Assembly: GCA_028826165.1 (NCBI GenBank)
Contig: JAPDFW010000076.1
Coordinates: forward strand, 310,001-374,000
DNA from: Anaeramoeba ignava BMAN
Taxonomy: Eukaryota > Protista > Anaeramoebae
Direction of reading: 5' to 3'
DNA length: 64,000 nt
Shown here piece by piece: positions 61,301 through 64,000 of the stretch. The position numbers and the translations under genes were made by a program. The notes under the pieces were generated by a model. The model was not told where the DNA came from, made no database searches, and saw only the letters and a program-made list of their open reading frames with translations. The number at the start of each line of letters is the position of its first letter. Position 1 is the first letter of the stretch.

Positions 61301-63270
61301 ATTTTCAGGACAAATAGTTGTATGGGATACTCGAGCAAAATCAACGCCTGTTAACAGATCTCTTCTTTCATCAAGTGGTCATACTCATCCTATTTTTGGA
61401 ATGCAAGTCGTTGGCTCAAAAAATGCTCATTCTCTTGTCTCTTTGAGTAATGATGGTAGAATTTGTGTTTGGTCTCTTGATATGCTTAAAACTCCTGAAG
61501 ACGTTATTGATCTTAATTCTGGTCAAAATCGTTTGTCTCCTACTTCTCTTGTTTTCCCTCAAGATGAGGTTAATTTGTTTTATGTTGGTTCAGAACATGG
61601 TTCTGTTTATTCAGGTTTGAGAATGGGAAAGTAATTATTTATATTAAAAATTAAAATTAAAATTAAAATTAAAATTAATATTAAAATTAAAATCAAAATT
61701 AATATTAAATATTAAAAATTAAAATTAAAATTAAAATTAATATTAAAATTAAATTAAAAATTAAAATTAAAATTAATATTAAAATTAAAACTAAAATTAA
61801 AATTAAAATTGAAATAAAAATTATAATTAAAATTAAATTAAAATTAAAATTAAATTTAAAATTAAAATTAAAATTAAAATTAAAATTAAAATTAAAATTC
61901 ATTTTAAAATTAAAATTAAAATTAAAATTAAAATTAAAATTAAAATTAAAATTAAAATTAAAATTAAAAATTAAAATTAAAATTAAAATTAAAATTAAAA
62001 TTAAAATAGCAATATTGGAATTGATAAGGAATATACAGGACATAGTGGTCCAATTACAGGAATTGATTTCCATAATTCAGCAGGAAATTCAAGCTTTCTT
62101 GATCTTTTTGTGACTTCATCTATGGATTGGACAGTAAAATTATGGAGCAAAAATTATCAAACACCTCTTTTATCATTTGAAGAATCGAATGAATATGTTT
62201 ATGATGTTCAATGGTCTCCTATTCATCCTTCTTTATTTGCTTCTGTTGATGGTGCTGGTTATCTTTTCTTATGGAATCCTAATATTAATGTTGAAGAACC
62301 TGTTATTAAAACTCAAGTTTCTCAACATGCTATTAATAAATTAAGATTTTCAACTGATGGAAAGAAAATTATTACTGGTGATTCAGATGGTGTTTTAACT
62401 GTTCTTGAAATTAATTCTGATGTGAATTTTTCATTTTTTTAGCAATTACATCAAATTTAATTTAATTATTTATTTATTAACATCAAATTTAATTTATTTA
62501 TTTACATGAAATTTAATTAATTTATTTCAAATTTAATTTATTTATTAACATCAAATTTAATTTATTTATTTACATGAAATTTAATTTATTTATTTGATTT
62601 AATTTATTTACTTCAAATTTAATTTAATTATTAACATGAAATTTAATTTATTTATTTACATGTAATTTAATTTATTTATTTACATGAAATTTAATTTATT
62701 TATTTACTTTAAATTTAATTTATTTATTTATTTATCAAATTTAATTTAATTATTTACATCAAATTTAATTATTTACATCAAATTTAATTATTTCTTGAAT
62801 TTAATTTATTTATTAACATCAAATTTAATTTATTTATTTACATGAAATTTAATTTATTTATTTACATGAAATTTAATTTATTTATTAACATCAAATTTAA
62901 TTTATTTATTTATTAACATGAAATTTAATTTATTTACATCAAATTTAATTTATTTACGCCAAATTTAATTTAATTATTTACATGAAATTTTAATTTATTT
63001 TTATTCAAATTCAAATTTAATTATTAAAATCAAATTTAATTTATTTATTACATGAAATTTAATTTATTTAATTTAATCAAATTTAATTTAATTTATTTAA
63101 CAAATCAAATTATTTACATCAAATTTAATTTATTAACATGAAATTTAATTTATTTATTTACTTTAAATTAGATTTCAATTCCAAAAGAAGAAACAAAAGC
63201 TTTTCAACAAAAAGTTATTAATTTGTATCCAAAAAAAAGAACTTCAAAAAGTGACAGTTATGTTTTTTGA
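58333..63270 (+). CDS. DYNC1I: Cytoplasmic dynein 1 intermediate chain (WD40)
   Basis: Exons 58333-58437, 58532-58937, 60210-60357, 60455-60548, 61113-61630, 62010-62421, 63172-63270. Motifs: RKKELEAKRLRL, KYQKETQT, SKIIEKA, WSPKYPELLLASY, GGTFSGQIVVWDTR, TSSMDWTVKLW, VYDVQWSPIHPSLFA. Confidence 0.95.
58950..63168 (+). repeat. (AAAATT)n in dynein IC introns 2, 4 and 5; ACATGAAATTTAATTTATTT-type repeat in intron 6
   Basis: Blocks at 58950-60205, 60560-61105, 61640-62005 and 62450-63168. Confidence 0.92.
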
Positions 63271-63473
63271 TTCAAAAGAAATTTTAAAAGAAAGTTAAAA
63301 GCAAAATTAACTTACAAAATCAACAGAAATTCTTTTTTTTTTTCAATTTTTTTTTTTTTTGATTTTTAAAATAAAAAAAAAACACAACAATTACTAATTT
63401 TTTTAAATAATTATTTTTATTATTTTATTTTTTTTCATTTTTTTTTTTCATTTTTTTTTTTGCTTTTTTTTTA

Positions 63474-63699
63474 ATGGCAAATCAAACAATTGAAACAGAA
63501 ATTAAAAGTTTTCAAGGATTAAGAAGTGAATATACAGGACCAAATATTATCCCAAAAGAAATCAAACCAACTAGAAGTGAAAAAAAAATTAAAAAGAAAT
63601 TTCCAGTATTTGTTGATCCTCAAGGAAATCTTTATGATATAAATTTTCTTCCTATTGAAGATAAAGAATCTTTACTTAAAGAATATGATGATATTGATA
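63474..63699 (+). CDS. First exon of an unidentified gene that continues beyond the window
   Basis: ATG after a T-rich leader, natural amino-acid composition, GTAAAT donor at 63700 followed by a repeat-filled intron. Confidence 0.6.
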
Positions 63700-64000
63700 G
63701 TAAATAAAATCAAAACAAAACAAAACAAAACAAACAAAAATAATAACGTTTCAAATTTATTTATAAATTAAAATATAAATTAAAATATAAATTAAAATAT
63801 AAATTTATTTATAAATTAAAATATAAATTTATTTATAAATTAAAATATAAATTTATTTATAAATTAAAATATAAATTAAAATATAAATTAAAATATAAAT
63901 TATTTCCTTTATAAACAAAATAAATTTATTTATAAATGAATTAAGAAAATATAAATTAAAATAAAAATTAAAATAGAATTTATTTATAAATTAAAATTAA

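Noticed and set aside
1543-62073. Many low-complexity ORFs in the track ([31 protein letters not shown])
   Set aside because: They are translations of satellites or antisense/alternative frames of NQ tracts, and lie in introns, spacers or opposite real genes.
1-64000. Transposons, inteins, tRNA or rRNA genes
   Set aside because: I recognised no transposase, reverse transcriptase, Hint or homing-endonuclease motifs and no structured GC-rich RNA genes by eye. Small ncRNAs cannot be excluded without a covariance-model search.

Overview
Extremely AT-rich eukaryotic (protist) genomic DNA in the standard genetic code, with about 20 spliced protein-coding genes. The (NQ)n tracts, BTB and Rab-BTB gene style and hydrogenosome-type genes suggest an Anaeramoeba-like anaerobic metamonad; this is inference, not verified. 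Genes reconstructed by hand, in order: last exon of a RING-finger gene, RPGRIP1L-like C2 protein, CCZ1, Ras, ATG9, CCDC28-like, triple-PH protein, an orphan, AAC4-like protein, PSP1-domain protein, CitE/CLYBL, a small 4-TM protein, a second orphan, CTU2, an SLC25 carrier, an FG-GAP/FN3 surface protein plus a decayed copy, a RING-kinase-ARM protein, a Gpr1/Fun34/SatP acetate transporter, a degenerate Rab-BTB-BTB-CaaX gene, cytoplasmic dynein intermediate chain, and one first exon at the window end. Many introns and intergenic spacers are filled with locus-specific AT satellites. Main highlights: (1) ATG9 intron 1 is a minor-spliceosome (U12-type) AT-AC intron, with 5' ATATCCTTT, branch site TTCCTTTGAC and 3' AC; (2) a complete antisense Rab-BTB gene plus a partial duplicate sits inside intron 1 of the acetate transporter; (3) introns up to about 3 kb are built almost entirely from private repeats, one forming an in-frame array of cryptic acceptors.
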